This document shows positions 26,791-40,386 of a DNA stretch of 64,000 nt, piece by piece; position 1 is the first letter of the stretch, and each line of letters begins with the position of its first letter. The stretch is from the NCBI RefSeq assembly GCF_030684315.1, contig NC_081371.1, positions 12,035,441-12,099,440 on the forward strand. Reading direction: 5' to 3'. This DNA comes from Stegostoma tigrinum. Its lineage: Eukaryota. Position numbers and translations under genes: made by a program. Under the pieces are notes generated by a model that saw only the letters and a program-made list of their open reading frames with translations, did no database searches and had not been told where the DNA came from.

Positions 26791-28559
26791 TTAGGATACA
26801 ACTGTGTTCATTGCATCAAGCACCAAATCCCTTCATTCCACTGTTTATATGATGTAAAAGCTAAATATCTCCCTGTTCTATCATCTCCAAAATACAGCAA
26901 ATTAATAATTCATTTGCTTGTCAGTAATTGTGACATTTATTCCTCATTATGTGTAATCTGCTTCAGCTCGAGCTATCACATGACGCAAAGTTGAACTCTT
27001 TGAAGATCTCCACAGATGAAACATTCATCACAGAAGAATACGTGTTTATAACTCAGCTGAAAAGAAAGTTGGACGCTGACAGCTCATTACGAAATCAACT
27101 GTTTATTTTTTGAGGTGTGTTGGAATGGCTCAAAATGCTATACAACCACAATCAACATGAAGTATAATTCTCAAGAAGAAACAGCCTGGGTTTATATGCT
27201 GTCCTGTTCATTGGAATGACATATGTTTTGAAAAGTATGCAGTTTCACTTCTGTAAAGCAAACAATTCCTGCAGATTCAAACAGAATGAGAACAGTTATT
27301 TCTGGGAAAGACTGGGATCTGTGCAGAAGTGTAACTTTTTTTACACTAACAAGAGCAGTTTGCATTTATATAGCACCATTAATGTAGTAAAACATCCTGT
27401 GACACAGGAATCTTCTGAAGCAAAATCTAAGCCACATGAAGTAAAAGGGCAGATGACCAAAAGCTAGGTATTAAAGAGTGCCCCAGAAGGAGCAGAGAGA
27501 GAGCAGGCAGAGAAGGGTTTAGGGAGGGAATTCCATACTTAGGTCCTAGGCCGCTAAAGGTCTGCACGTCAGAGGTTGTGTGATTAAGAGGCCAGAATTA
27601 GGAAAATATATCCAGGAGGATTCGAGGATAGGATTTTGGAGCAGGACTTAGACGTTTGACTCTTACAACCTGTTCCATTGTTTAATAAGGTAATGTCTGA
27701 CTTGGTTGTATCTGAACACCAGTACCCTGTCTGCCTATGGTAACCCTAGAGTCATTTGTCTATCAGAAATCGACATGACTCTGCCTTGAATAAATTCAAT
27801 GGCTTAGCCTTCCCCTTTTTACGGAAGTGAATTTCATTTATTAATAATCTGATGAGTGAACAAGGCTATCCACGTCTCCATCTTAAAAATGAGACCTCTT
27901 GTTCTTAAACAGTGTTCCCTAGTTCCAGTCTGCCTTGCGAGAGGAAATGCCCTGCTGGGTATCCATCCTATTCTCCTCCTTCAGGATCTTATGTGCTTCA
28001 GGAAGATCATCCCTCATTCCACTGCACAGCAAGGGGATTAGACCAGCCTGCTTTATGGTTGGAGGAGATTGTGAAGACAGGGAGGGGCAAGGCCATGGAG
28101 GAATTTGAAGACAATGTAGAAAATTTTAAGATCAAGGCATTGCTTAACCAGAAGCCATTGTAGGCAAATGAGGACAGGATGATCTAGACTGAGCACAAAT
28201 TAGTGCATGAGTAGCAGAGCTTTGGAAAACATATTAAGGAAGGGTGGATTGTGAGAAATCAACCACAATTGTTTTGGAGTGATCAAGTTTACAGGAAACA
28301 AAGACTGACTGAGCTGATGCTGGAATTGATTCAGGTGATGCTGCAGGGATGAAAATAGATATTTTTAATGCCAGTATAAGTATGTGGGATCTCCAGATCA
28401 AATTTGACACCAAGTTTTCTGACACACTAGCTCAGGCTCAAACAGGAAGTTTATTCTGTAGGAATCACTGTGACTCATGGACGTGTACAACTCAGAAAGA
28501 AACAAAGATTTGACATCACTAGTCCCACCTTGTAGCTTACAGCTCATTGCCCTGGAGGC

Positions 28560-29030
28560 TGTGGCAATATACATGAAAATCTAAAAGTTTCTGATCTAGT
28601 CACTTTTTCAGTCAGTAAATTTCCAATTCCAACTCCCACCATCCTCAGTAAAAAAAACTCTTTCACTTTCCTCAGCCTTTGACCTTTTACCTTAAATACA
28701 TGCCCCCTTGTGAGTGACCCATCTATAAATGGGAATAGTGTGTTCCTCTCCACTTGTAGCTCTTATCCTCATAATCTTCAATGCTCTAGAGAACACACAG
28801 CAGCCTATCCAATTTTTCTCCAAAGCTCAGACCCTCCAGCCCAGGCAGCATCTTGGTAAATCTCCTTTGCACATTCCCTAGTGTAATCACATCCTTCCTA
28901 TACTAATGTGGTGATCAAAACTGCGTGCAGTGCTCCAGTATTTTATGCAGTCCCAGCAAAAGCTCCCTGTTCTTAAACTGTGTCTCACCTAACAAAGACA
29001 AGTATCCCATATACCATCTCAACCCAATTC
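28560..29030 (-). mobile_element. CR1 3' fragment
   Basis: Minus-strand LEHCTQF, TRGHVFKVKG remnants. Confidence 0.7.
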
Positions 29031-30899
29031 TGGTATACTTGGAAGTCAGCACTTTTTTTAAATGGTACAATTTGATGTTTTGCTTTGAAGATTTATAGTG
29101 CCTACAGCAAAATTGGACACGTCTTTTGCATTGATTACTTCTATACATTCTTAGTCCACTCGGCAGTTTAGTTTTGGCATTTACACGAACGGGAGTCTGC
29201 TTTTTGGATTCGGGAGGGTTAGTTCCTGATTATAATGTTATCAACTGAATACATTCTCAGCGTAATTTGAGTTCCTTCCCTTTCCTTTGTATCCATAATT
29301 TTGATGAGAGATTCGGAACTGCAGAATTCTGATAAACTGTTGTGGCAACTTTTCACTTTTCCAACATCTAGCTCTATATTTTGAACCAGACCAATTCACA
29401 AAGTTTCTGACAATTCAGGGCCAGCTTTGGATAAGCACATGGACGTACATGGAATAGTGTAGGTTAGATGGGCTTGAGATCGGTATGACAGGTCGGCACA
29501 ACATCGAGGGCCGAAGGGCCTGCACTGTGCTGTAATGTTCTATGTTCCATGTTTCCCTGCTTCAGGCATTAGAGGTAACCCTTAGAGAAGGCTGAGCCAG
29601 TGATGTCTTTAAATGGTGTAGTTTTCAACTACACACATAAGACAGTCACAACTGAGTTGGGTTAGTTCTCGTAAACAGAATATCTGACATTCACTTGCTA
29701 AAGTGAATGTTCTTTTGAAAGGGTTAAAAATTGATGTTACCTTACAGTTAAATTAGTAGCAGTTCTTTGAGCTGAAAATGCTGTCACGGTATTTCCTTCT
29801 CAAATGCAACACTTAGAGAGCAATCGGAAAGCCTTTTGCATTTTAGGTCAAGATTAGGGAAGCAGAGCTTATCAAAGATAGCTCACCTCTACACCCTGGC
29901 AAAGACAAATGTATTTATATAACATCTTCTTTGACCTCAGGATATCATTAGTTCCTTTTAAAGTATATTCATGTTATAATGTGAGAAATGTTGCAGCCAA
30001 AGTGCATCATCAGGCCCTGCAAACAACAGGGAAGTAATGACTGGATAATTAGGTGTGAAGAAGGGTCACTGAAATGTAAACTCTGCTTTGTCTCTCTGCA
30101 GATGCTGCCAGACCTGCTGAGTTTCTCCAGCAATTTCTTTTATTTTTGATTCAGATCTTCAGCGACGGCAGTTCTTTGTTTTACTTGAATTTTTTTTGTA
30201 ATGGCTAATGAGGGATACATGTCCAAAACACCAAGGAAGAACTCCTCTGCAGATGACTGTAGACTAGAAACCAGTAATTAGCTGGTAAAGTGGCATAATA
30301 TTGTGTGCATCTAGTTCTAAGTGAAAAATCAACAGATTAAAAATCAGAAAAAGGATGATGTCCCGTGCTTTCCTGCTTCACTGATGGCGCCTTCACCAGA
30401 CAGCAAGTGCTACCAATGTGACTTTGCTCAGATGAATCTCCTTGGAGAGCCATTTAGTAAGGATCACTGTTTCAAATTAAGGAATTGCCCTTTTATGCCA
30501 GTGATAAGGAGGAGTGTTTTCTCATAGAGGGCATGAGTTTTTGCATTACTCTTCTTCAAAAGCTAGTGGAAGCAGTGTCTTTGAATATTTTCAAGGCACA
30601 TGTCAGTAGATTCCTAATAAGCAAGGGCTGAATTGTTATGTGCAGAATCAGATCATGATCGTATTGAATGGCAGAGCAGGTTCAAGGTGCTGAATGACCT
30701 ACTAGTCCCAAATTGTATGTTTGTTTATAAAAGACTGTAGGGCCCTTGAGGTACCGTGGTAGTATCCATACCTCTGATCCAGGAGGTCTTGGTGCAAGTC
30801 TCACATGCTGTAGAAGTGTACAAAAACACTCTGAGCAGGCTGATTCGAAAATATCTCCAAAAGGCTTGGCTTTTTAAGGAGTGAGCTCAGAACCAGAAC

Positions 30900-31440
30900 A
30901 GTCATAGAGTCGTAGAGATGTACAATATGGAAACAGATCCTTCGGACCAACTCGTCCATTCCAACCAGATAGCCTAATAAATCTAGTCCCATTTAGCAGC
31001 ATTTGGCCCGTATCCCTCTAAACCCTTCCTATTCTTTTACCCATCTGGATGCCTTTGAAATGTTGTAATTGTACCCACCGCCACCACTTCCTCTGGCAGC
31101 TCATTCCATATGCACATCTCTTCAGAGGAGAACTCATTTGACCTCCCTGTGCAGCAATAAATTGCCCCTTACGTGCCTTTTAAATCTGACCCTTCTTGTC
31201 TCAAATCTTTGCAATCCTGTCTTGGCGAGCAGATCTTGTCTATCCATCCTATTTTGGCCCCCTCACGATTTTATAAACTTCTATCAGGTCATCCCTCAGC
31301 CTCCGATGCTCCAGGGAAAATAGCCCCAGCCTATTCAGCCTCACCCTAGAGCTCAACCCTGACAACCTCCTTGGAAACCTTTTCTGAACCTGTTTGAGTT
31401 TCACAACATCTTTCCTACAGCCGAGAGACCAGAACTGAAT
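30900..31440 (-). mobile_element. CR1 3' end
   Basis: Minus-strand QFWS...RLNRLGLFSLEHRRLRDDLIEVYKI and 3' tail ending ctctacgactctatgac. Confidence 0.88.
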
Positions 31441-32411
31441 CATCAGGTGGGGGTGTGCCTCTTTTTAAAAACGAAACAACAGCCCAGCTCTGTCACTAGC
31501 TGAGCGCAGGAGATGACTGAGAAGCCAAAGTTCTGAACTCATTGCAAAAAACAATTACAATATTGTGTGAAAGTGAGCACATCTTTTATCTGCTGTTATG
31601 CCAAAACCTTGAGTTCTACACATACAACAGAAGTTTTGGTACAGAATGTACTCAACTTCACACTGACTTGCAGTTATGGTCGAAATCTGGGTGGGGTTAA
31701 TACCCTACTTAACTCCCAAAGTTCATAAGAATTCCTTGTTTCTGAATCTCACCTGATTTCCCTCCCGACTCTAGACTTAAACTAGAACATTTAGAGTTGG
31801 TGTAAAGCATTACCATTTGGCCTTGACCCTAACTATAGTGTCAGTGAAGTTTAAAACAGAATTACAGATCTGCACAGAGTCAAAGCTAACTTTCCAAGGA
31901 GAAGTCAAAATATGTTTTCAAATTGAAATTTATTTTGGAACGCAATGGGAATTTATTTAAGGCTTGTCACAACTTGTTTAAGCAGGGCTTAACAACGATT
32001 AATAGTTGCTCAATCCTGCAAATTGTGCTAATTAAAACATATTTAAATGACTACAACCCATTGATCTGGTCAACTATTTTTGTTAACAGATAGGATATGT
32101 TTGTGTGAATTTATCACCTATTCAATTGAGTGGGAGGTGAAAATTTATTGCAAGTTCACTCAATTATTGTTTAATAAAGGATTGAAGACTTAAACAAAAG
32201 GCATACCTTGCAGAGGACCACATCCACGCTATTGTAAAGACAGTTGTAATAAACTTAACACTTTAAAATGCTCATTATGGACTGGAATGTGTATGAAATT
32301 AGAGTCAATATTTGGTTACACTTCAATTCCTCCAAGAGATGGTCATTCCCAGAATTTGGATGCTCAGGAAAAGTGGCAATTTGGAGTAAGTAAAATGAAC
32401 TCTAAATGTTG

Positions 32412-32596
32412 TAACAAAGTGTGGAGCTGGATGAACACAGCAGGCCAAGCAGCATCGTAGAAGCACAAAAGCTGACATTTTGGGCCTAGACCATCAGAAA
32501 AGCTTTTGTGCTCCTGAGATGCTGCTTGGCCTGCTGTGTTCATCCAGCCCCACACTTTGTTATCTTGGATTCACCAGCATCTGCAGTTCCCATTAT
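32412..32596. mobile_element. Penelope-like fold-back insertion
   Basis: Inverted arms aacaaagtgtggagctggatgaacacagcaggcc... / ...ggcctgctgtgttcatccagccccacactttgtt, one-sided extension on the right; TSD ctctaaatgttg (32400-32411, 32597-32608). Confidence 0.88.
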
Positions 32597-33137
32597 CTCT
32601 AAATGTTGGTAGCTGTCCAAAAGTTGTTCCCATTGATGCAAAGAACATTTTGATGTAAATATACAATCGAAGGAAAAGGATTTCCCAGTGGAATCTCTTC
32701 AGTGACTTGGCAAACGACAATATTTATAGGTTGATCTTAATTTGCTTCTAACGATTAATGAACACTAGAGTGATAACAGATCAAAACCAGAAATAAGAAA
32801 TTCATAAATATCAAATTTCAATATTTAGATTGTTTCTTCTGTTCTGATGTGAATGTCAGAAGAAAATGAGTATTCTCTCCTTGATATTAAATTTGTGACA
32901 ATCTGACTTTTCAACCTCCGAATATTTAACTCTATTGGATTGCTTGTCTTTAGAACAGGCAACAAGAATTATAGATCTAAATACGCCATTGACATTTTAA
33001 AAGACTTGGTTTTGTTGTTAGTTTAATTGAAGAGACTGAGAATCGTGAGTTTAATCTTGCTAATGATACAAAGTAAGGTGGATAATAAGAGATGAGCAGG
33101 AGTCACACAAAAGAAGGTGAATGGTTAACAATTGGTA

Positions 33138-34214
33138 AATAAGATACAATATGAAGTAGTGTGATTATTCACTTCAGTAATAATAAGGAAAAAACAAAAT
33201 ATCTTCAATGGTATGAAACTTGTAAATGTTGATGTTAATTTAGATATGCTTATCCAAGGAACACAGGAACAGCAAACGTTTTGGAAGGCAAATGGATGTT
33301 TTTTCCCTTTGCAAGGAAGTTGGAGTAGAAGAATAGGAGATGTTCTTTTCAAAGATTCAAAGAGGTTCAAAGGGTAGCTGGCTGAGGAATCTCAAACCAG
33401 GGATAGAGAGTCAGGATAAGGAGCTAGTTATTTAGAACTGAGATGAGAAACTTCTTCACTCTAAAATATTATTACTGTTTGGAATTCAGAGGATGATGGA
33501 TGCTCTGTGAATACATTTAAGGCTGGAATGGACAGATTTTTGGCTTCACAAGAAAGAAAGGGATGTGGGCAAGAAAGTGGAACAGAGGCCTTTGGTTATC
33601 AATGATCATAGTGAATAGTGGTGAATTGTGTAGAGGTAGGAGATAAGCTATCATTTAAAAAAAATCGAAATCTGTGAAGTTTTTTTTCACCTAAGTTATC
33701 AATGACTAAATTCAAACATCTAGGCAAATAAAGTCCATTCTCTGGGACACAGACAAAATTGGAAACCAGTGGGGCAAAAAATCAAAGTGCTAACTGGATG
33801 AGGAAATCTGCAGATCAATTGAAAGAAAACTAGGATTGGTATGTGATGCTGCTATGGCTTTAAGAGACATATTTAATCCTGGATTTTTTTTGTTTTGGAG
33901 AGGTTTTAAGACATATGATGAGCTGTATTTGAATCCAATAAAGTAAATAGCTTGTGAGGCTTTGGGTTTTTAAAGTTGGAGCAACAGAAGCAGACTGAAG
34001 TAAATAAGGTACAATATGAAGTAATGTGAGATTATTCACTTTGGTAAATAATAAGAAAGAAACAAACAATCTTCAACACTATGAAACCCGTAAATGTTGA
34101 TTTACAGTGGTATTTAGATATTCTCATCCAAGGAACACAGGAATAGCAAGCAATTAGGAAAACAAATGGTACAGTTTTTCTTTTGTGACAAAATTGGAGT
34201 AGAAGAATAGGTGA
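33138..34214 (+). repeat. Diverged direct duplication of an old CR1 segment (33138-33340 and 34003-34214)
   Basis: Both copies read aataagRtacaatatgaagta...attattcactt...tgtaaatgttgat...atccaaggaacacaggaa...ttggagtagaagaatagg. Confidence 0.8.
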
Positions 34215-34224
34215 TGGTGTCAAG

Positions 34225-34836
34225 CTCCCACAGAACCAGGATTTACAGTTCAATTTTTTAAGTAGTGGTTGCTGGTTCTTGAAGTTGGTTTGGGAAGCTG
34301 CAGTACATCTCTCCCTGCTACTCTGAGTTTCTCTTTTCCTGAGGTCTTCCTCCTGGATGAGAGAATTACATGTGAGACAGTCTATTTTACTGAGTGTGCC
34401 TTTGCCAAGTGTGTGTTTATGGAATGCTACAGAACAAAGAACAAAGAACAGTACAGCACAGTACAGGACCTTCGGCCCACAATGTTGTGCCAACCTATTA
34501 TCCTGCCAAGATCAATCTACCCTGCATAACCTTCATTTTACTATCCTCTGTACTCCTATAGCTACTATATTGGAACAGCTACTGGTTATTACTTAAATAA
34601 TCTATTATTATGTTAAGATTTGCAATAGCGTTAATTATTCCAATTTCTCCTTTCTTTTGTTGTATTTTACTATAGTTTATGAAGAAGCTGTTTTTCTTAA
34701 AGACTGGTAATTTGATCAATAGAATTACATGAAGATTGCAATTCCTGGCACTTGCCTTTAAAATAAGAAAAAGTTAGGGTCTAGACTCCCCTCTTAATAT
34801 ATCTAGGTGGTGGTGGGGTTTGGTCTGGTCCACAAC
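34225..34836 (+). mobile_element. Probable LTR remnant interrupted by a CR1 tail (about 34430-34560, -)
   Basis: Ends ...ggggtttggtctggtccacaaca (CA end) after an AT-rich U5-like segment; family not identified. Confidence 0.35.
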
Positions 34837-35865
34837 AAGTATGATATTTCCAGTATCTGAGAAATCTGCCTTTAGTTTTAATGTGATGAATACTCTTTCC
34901 TACTCATCCTTTTCATTGGCGATAATAAGAACTGTCGATGCTGAAGTCAGAGATAACACAGTGTGGAGCTGGAGCAACACAGCAGGCCAGACGGCATCAG
35001 AGGAGCAAGAAAGTTGATGTTTCAGGTCGGGACCCTTCTTCAGAAATGGCTCAATTTCTAATATATTTTGAAAATGATCCACTGCTCAGTGAACAAACCC
35101 GTCTTGAATCAGCAAGAACACGTTCCCTCTAACCTTGAGGTCAGAACGTCAGCAGGTATGGCAACATCTGTGGAGACAAAGCAGAGTTAACGTTTTAGGT
35201 CCAGTGATTCTCCTTCAGAACTGCTAGGAAACGTAGGATCAAGTAAAAACCCTCATTATTTAAAACAATGGACAGAACCCTGGACTTTTCCAAACTTGTG
35301 AAAACGTAGAAGTGACAGCGAGACTGAGTTTTGCAATTTGGGTTTGTACATTTTACACAGGACTGAGACAGCTGCTGGAACCATTGTTCAGCCGGTAATT
35401 CCAATTTGTATCCCTTCTGTAAGTGGATAATCGGCTGGAGCTCGCAAACTGTGGCCTGAGACAGCTTTTACACCTCAGTCTACCCAGCACAGACAGTATG
35501 GGGCCTACAGAGATACCAGACATTCAGCCTCAATCAAAATCCATTCACATGTACTCTAACTGTTGGAAAGCCAATTATCTTCGGAAAAGGACAGTAGAGC
35601 TCCATGAAAACTACAGATTTAAGAGGGGGTAATGGGGCAAACGGGCAGTATTTGTGTCCGCCCCGGTCTTGCCTGAAGGAAGACCTCTTCAGCACAAATA
35701 ACTTCCCGTCCTCAACAAGCAGTTTCGGAACCAGAAACCAGAGAGGTCCAGAACAGGAAAGCCAAACTCAGGGTCTCATCGGAACAAAAGACATCTGAGA
35801 GGGGGAAGCCAGCCACTCAGTGATAGTAGGAACTGCCGATGCTGGAGTCTGATTTAACAAGGTGA

Positions 35866-37463
35866 GCAAGCTAATGGGGCTAAAGGTAGACAAGTCTCCT
35901 GGCCCTGATGAAGTGCATCCCAGGGTACTAAAAGAGGTGATGGGGGAAATAGCAAATGCACTAGTAATTATTTAACAAAATTCACTGGACTCTGGAGTGG
36001 TTCCCACAGATAGGAAAACAGCGAATGTGATGCCACTTTTTAAAAAAGGAAGTAGACAAAAAGCAGTTAACTGTAGGTGGTCAGCTTAACTTCAGTAGTG
36101 GGGAAAATGCTTGAATCTTGTAATCAAGGAAGAAATAACAAGACATCTGGATATGAATTGTCCCATTGGGAACACCCAGCATGGGTTCATGAAGGGTAGA
36201 TCATGTTTAACTAATTTGGTAGAATTCTTTGAGGACACTACTTGCATGGTGGACAATGGGGAACCTGTGGATGTGGTGTATCTGGATTTCCAGAAGGCAT
36301 TTGACAGGATGCTACACCAAAGGCTGCTACATAAGATAAAGTTGCACGGTATTTCAGGTAATGTATTGGCATGCATAGAGGATTGGTTGACCAGTAGAAA
36401 GCAAACAGTAGGGGTAAATGGGTGTTTTTCTGGTTGGTGGTCAGTGGCTCGTAGTGTGCCTCAGGAATCAGTGTTGGGACCTCAATTGTTTTCAATTTAC
36501 TTTGATGATTTGGAATTGGCGACTAAGTGTGGTATGTCAAAATTTGCTGTTGAGACTTAAGGTGAGTGGTAGAGTGTGTAGAAGACACTGAAAGTCTGCA
36601 GAGGGATATAGATAGTCTAAGTCAGTGGACAAAGGTCTGGCAGATGGAGTACAATGTTGATAAGTGTGAAGTCATCCATTTTGGTGGGAATAACAGCAAA
36701 ATGGACTATGTTTTAAATGGTTAAAAATTGTAGCATGCTGCTGTGCAGAGGGACTTGGGTGTCCTTGTACGTGAATCGCTAAAAGTAGGATTGCAGGTGC
36801 AGCAGGTAATTAAAAAGGCAAATAGAATTTTGTCTGCCATTGCTCGAGGGATGGAGTTTAAAAGCAGGGAGGCTATACTGCAGCTGTATAGGGTCCTGGT
36901 GAGGCCACACCTGGAGTACTGTGTGCAGTTTTGGTCTCCTTACTTGAAAAGAGATATACTAGCACTGGAGAGGGTACAGAGGAGATTCACTCAGTTGATT
37001 CCAGAGTTGAGAGGGTTGGATTATGAGGAGAGACTGAGTAGACTGGGATTATACTCATTGGAATTCAGAAGAATGAGGGGAGATCTTACAGAAACATAGA
37101 CGATTATGAGGGGAATAGATAAGGTGGAGGCAGGGAGGTTGTTTCTGCTAGCAGGTGAAACTAGGACTATTGAGCATCGCCTCAAAATAAAGGGAAGCAG
37201 ATGTAGGACTGAGGTCAGGAGGAACTTCTTCACCCAAAGGATTGTGTAACTGTGGAATTCCCTGCCCAGTGAAGTGGTTGAAGCCACCTCGCTTAAGGCA
37301 AGGCTAGATAAAATTTTGAACACAGTAAAGGCATTAAGGGTTATGGTGAGTGGGCGGGTAAGTGGAGCTGAGTCTCAAAAAGATCAGCCATGATCTTATT
37401 AAATGGCGGGGTGGACTCGAGGGGCCGGATGGCCTACTCCTGCTCCTAGTTCTAATGTTCTTT
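35866..37463 (+). mobile_element. 5'-truncated CR1 LINE (RT domain and 3' end)
   Basis: ORF-track peptides QHGFMKGRSCLTNLVEFFE, VYLDFQKAFD, VPQESVLGP, QRDLGV, RPHLEYCVQFWSPY, RLGLYSLEFRRMRGDL; tail ggcctactcctgctcctagttct. Confidence 0.95.
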
Positions 37464-37465
37464 TG

Positions 37466-37623
37466 CACGGTGTGAAGCTGGATGAACACAGCAGGCCAGG
37501 CAGCATCAGAGGTGCAGGAAAGCTGGCGTTTCTGAAGATGGGCCCAGATCCCAAATGGCAGCTTTCCTGCTCCTCTGATGCTGCCTGGCGTGCTGTGTTC
37601 ATCCAGCTCTACACCTTGTTATT
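37466..37623. mobile_element. Penelope-like fold-back whose left end (35821-35865) was displaced by the CR1
   Basis: Arms gtgtgaagctggatgaacacagcaggccaggcagcatcagagg / cctctgatgctgcctggcgtgctgtgttcatccagctctacac; the missing extension gatagtaggaactgccgatgctggag lies directly left of the CR1. Confidence 0.8.
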
Positions 37624-38112
37624 ATGATACCCAAACAGGAGCTCCCAGACACAGACCTTTTCCAGACCAAGAGAACCAACAAGAGCCTCAAAAACTGGGC
37701 ACATTTGAAAACTGTGTTACGAATGGCAAGCATAAACTTCCTAGACCCCAAAGATCCGATCTACCTAGCAGACAGGGGAAGGTGGGTGGTGACAGTGCAT
37801 TGGGACCCCCAGGGTAGGAATTCTGATAAAAACTTGGCTTAAATTGGTGTGTTGTGTCTCAGTGGGATAAGGTTCTAATAGTGTAAATCCAGCAAATTGT
37901 CTATTTAATAGGACTACTGCTCTCAGAATAACTAATTGTCAATTTCCTTGTTTATTGCATTACTTAATTTTCTTGTGTTCATACCTACCGCTTGGTATTT
38001 TAAATAATCACAGAGGTTCTTTTTGCCCTAAAACACCCGTCTGTTGCCTCTTCATTTCACATTCCCTAATTAAGTCCAGAACCAGCGATCTGGGGTGATT
38101 CGAACCAATTTA

Positions 38113-38965
38113 AAATCAGAATAAAAACCGAAGGAACTGCAGATGCTGTAAATCAGGAACATAAACAAAGTCACTGGAGAAGCTCAGAAGGTCTGGCAGC
38201 ATCTGTGAAGGGAAAAACAGAGTTAATGTTTTGGGTCCGGTGACCCTTCCTCAGAAAACTGACTTGAGGCCGAGAAAAGGTTGGTATGTATGCTGAAGAT
38301 GAGGTGAGCAGAGGAGAAAATGATAGATGGAGATGGAGCCCAAAGAAAGAGAAAAAAAACAGTTGGGCAGACAGAAGAATGGGTAAAGGGTGGCATGGGA
38401 GAGTTAGGAAGCTGCTACTGGGGATCATTTGTGGAACCAATAAGTTGTTTCTGGTATCAGCCCATGTGATGACAAGGCTTGGTGCGTGGGGATTTGGGTA
38501 AGGACATGGCAGAAAGTGTTCAGGCCCTGAAATTATTGAACTCGTACATTGGGTTCCCAAATGGAAAATGAGACGCTGTTCTCCCCCTTGCACTGAGCTT
38601 TGCTGGAGAACTGCAAGAAGCCCAAGACACATGTTGACCAGGGAAAACGGCAGTGTGTTGAAGCAAAGCTTAGTGCAGCTGGGAGAGCAGCATCTCATTT
38701 TCCACTGTAACCTTTCGAGCTCAAATAGAATTCAGTTATTTAAGGGCCAGAGCACCTTCTCCCATGTCCTTACCTCAACTCCACACACCAGGCCTTGTCA
38801 TTACCATGGGCTGCTACCACAAGCAGCCCATTGTCAGCCACTGATGTCCCCACTGGCAGCTCTTCATTATCCTAGGTTGACCTTTTTAAACCCATTCTTT
38901 CGTCTGCTCAGTTGTCTCTCTCTCTCTTTCTCCCCCTCTGCTCTGCTGAGTTTCTCCAGCATCCA
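38113..38965. mobile_element. Older 850-bp fold-back of PLE 3' ends
   Basis: Left arm (-) with a mutated hammerhead (CTGAGGA...AAAACATT) and EQRLIFHLG; right arm (+) EQHLIFH...ccaggccttgtcatt...ctgctgagtttctccagca. Confidence 0.75.
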
Positions 38966-40126
38966 CTAATATTTCATTAGAATGTATATTGAGAACTTGT
39001 CGTTAGTCAAACAACGTGCTTTTCTTGAGTGACAACAGTGGTGCCAAAATGTTCAGGTAAGGCTGAAATTTTGAACCGGTGAACAAAAAGACACACAAAG
39101 TAGTGGCTGAGCTGCAGCAATCACAGGGACCAGTAACTTGCAGTGGCACTCCCTTTTCATTCTGGGTTTGATGTTGAGCAGATGCATTAGCCGTAACATA
39201 CGTTGTGTTGCAGATCTAGCAGTGGTTTTGGTAAATGGTCAGTGATGGAGTAATGTGTTGGACAATGGACTGTGGACTTTCAAAATAACAGAAATGAAAA
39301 GTGAAAAAAAACACTTACCATTCCCCAGAAAATAGTTCAGCTAACCACCTGGTTATAATGTCTTTATCGTTTTGTCTCATTCACCTTTGCATTTTTCCAA
39401 AATGTTCTTCCCATGGGCAAATCATCATGCAAAATGATTTTACCAGGTTACAAAAATAGATGTCCAAACATGAGTACATCATTGACTGTAGTTATCTTGG
39501 TCTCACATTAGAAAACTGATGCTACTTGGCCTGCTGTGTGCATCCAGCTCTGCACCTTGTTATCTCTGTATCCACAGTTACTTGTTGTCGGCATATATAA
39601 GATCTGATTTAGTTTCGAGCTTTCCGTATGGTGAATGTAATTTATATTGTAGGATTTGTGAAACAAACCTTGCAAGGATATGAATCTCCCCAGCAATGCC
39701 CAAATGAGATGAACAATTAAATTGCAGAACTGTCGTAATAAATTCATGGCTGTTTAAATGCAGCAGTGTATTTAAATTTGAGGGTGTAATGCTGCAACTA
39801 ACAGAGTGGACCAGCTGAATAGATGAAATGCTGAATAAGCGACCCAAATACAGACAGTAGATGATGTAGTTGAGTATGGTGCAACAATTAATCATGAACA
39901 GTTTCGACATTAACCGAGTTAACACCCAAGATCTGAGCACTCCACGGTAGCAGAATATTCACACTGAATATTGGTGTTTCAGTGAATGCTTTACAAGTAT
40001 TTCTTTTAACTGCTTGCTCATTGAATCTTGTGATAATGGGAACTGCAGATGCTGGAGAATCCAAGATAATAAAATGTGAGGCTGGATGGACACAGCAGGC
40101 CCAGCAGCATCTCAGGAGCACAAAAG

Positions 40127-40159
40127 CTGACGTTTCGGGCCTAGACCCTTCATCAGAGA
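40127..40159 (-). ncRNA. Minimal hammerhead ribozyme motif, left PLE arm
   Basis: Minus strand ctctCTGATGAagggtctaggcccGAAACGTCag, intact. The right-arm copy (44944-44977, +) reads GAAACATC, a CpG transition. Confidence 0.7.
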
Positions 40160-40386
40160 GGGGGATGGGGAGAGGGAACTGGAATAAATAGGGAGAGAGG
40201 GGGAGGCGGACCGAAGATGGAGAGAAAAGAAGATAGGTGGAGAGGAGAGTATAGGTGGGGAGGTAGGGAGGGGATAGATCAGTCCAGGGAGGACGGACAG
40301 GTCAAGGAGGTGGGATGAGGTTAGTAGGTAGGAGATGGAGGTGCGGCTTGGGGTGGGAGGAAGGGATGGGTGAGAGGAAGAACAGG

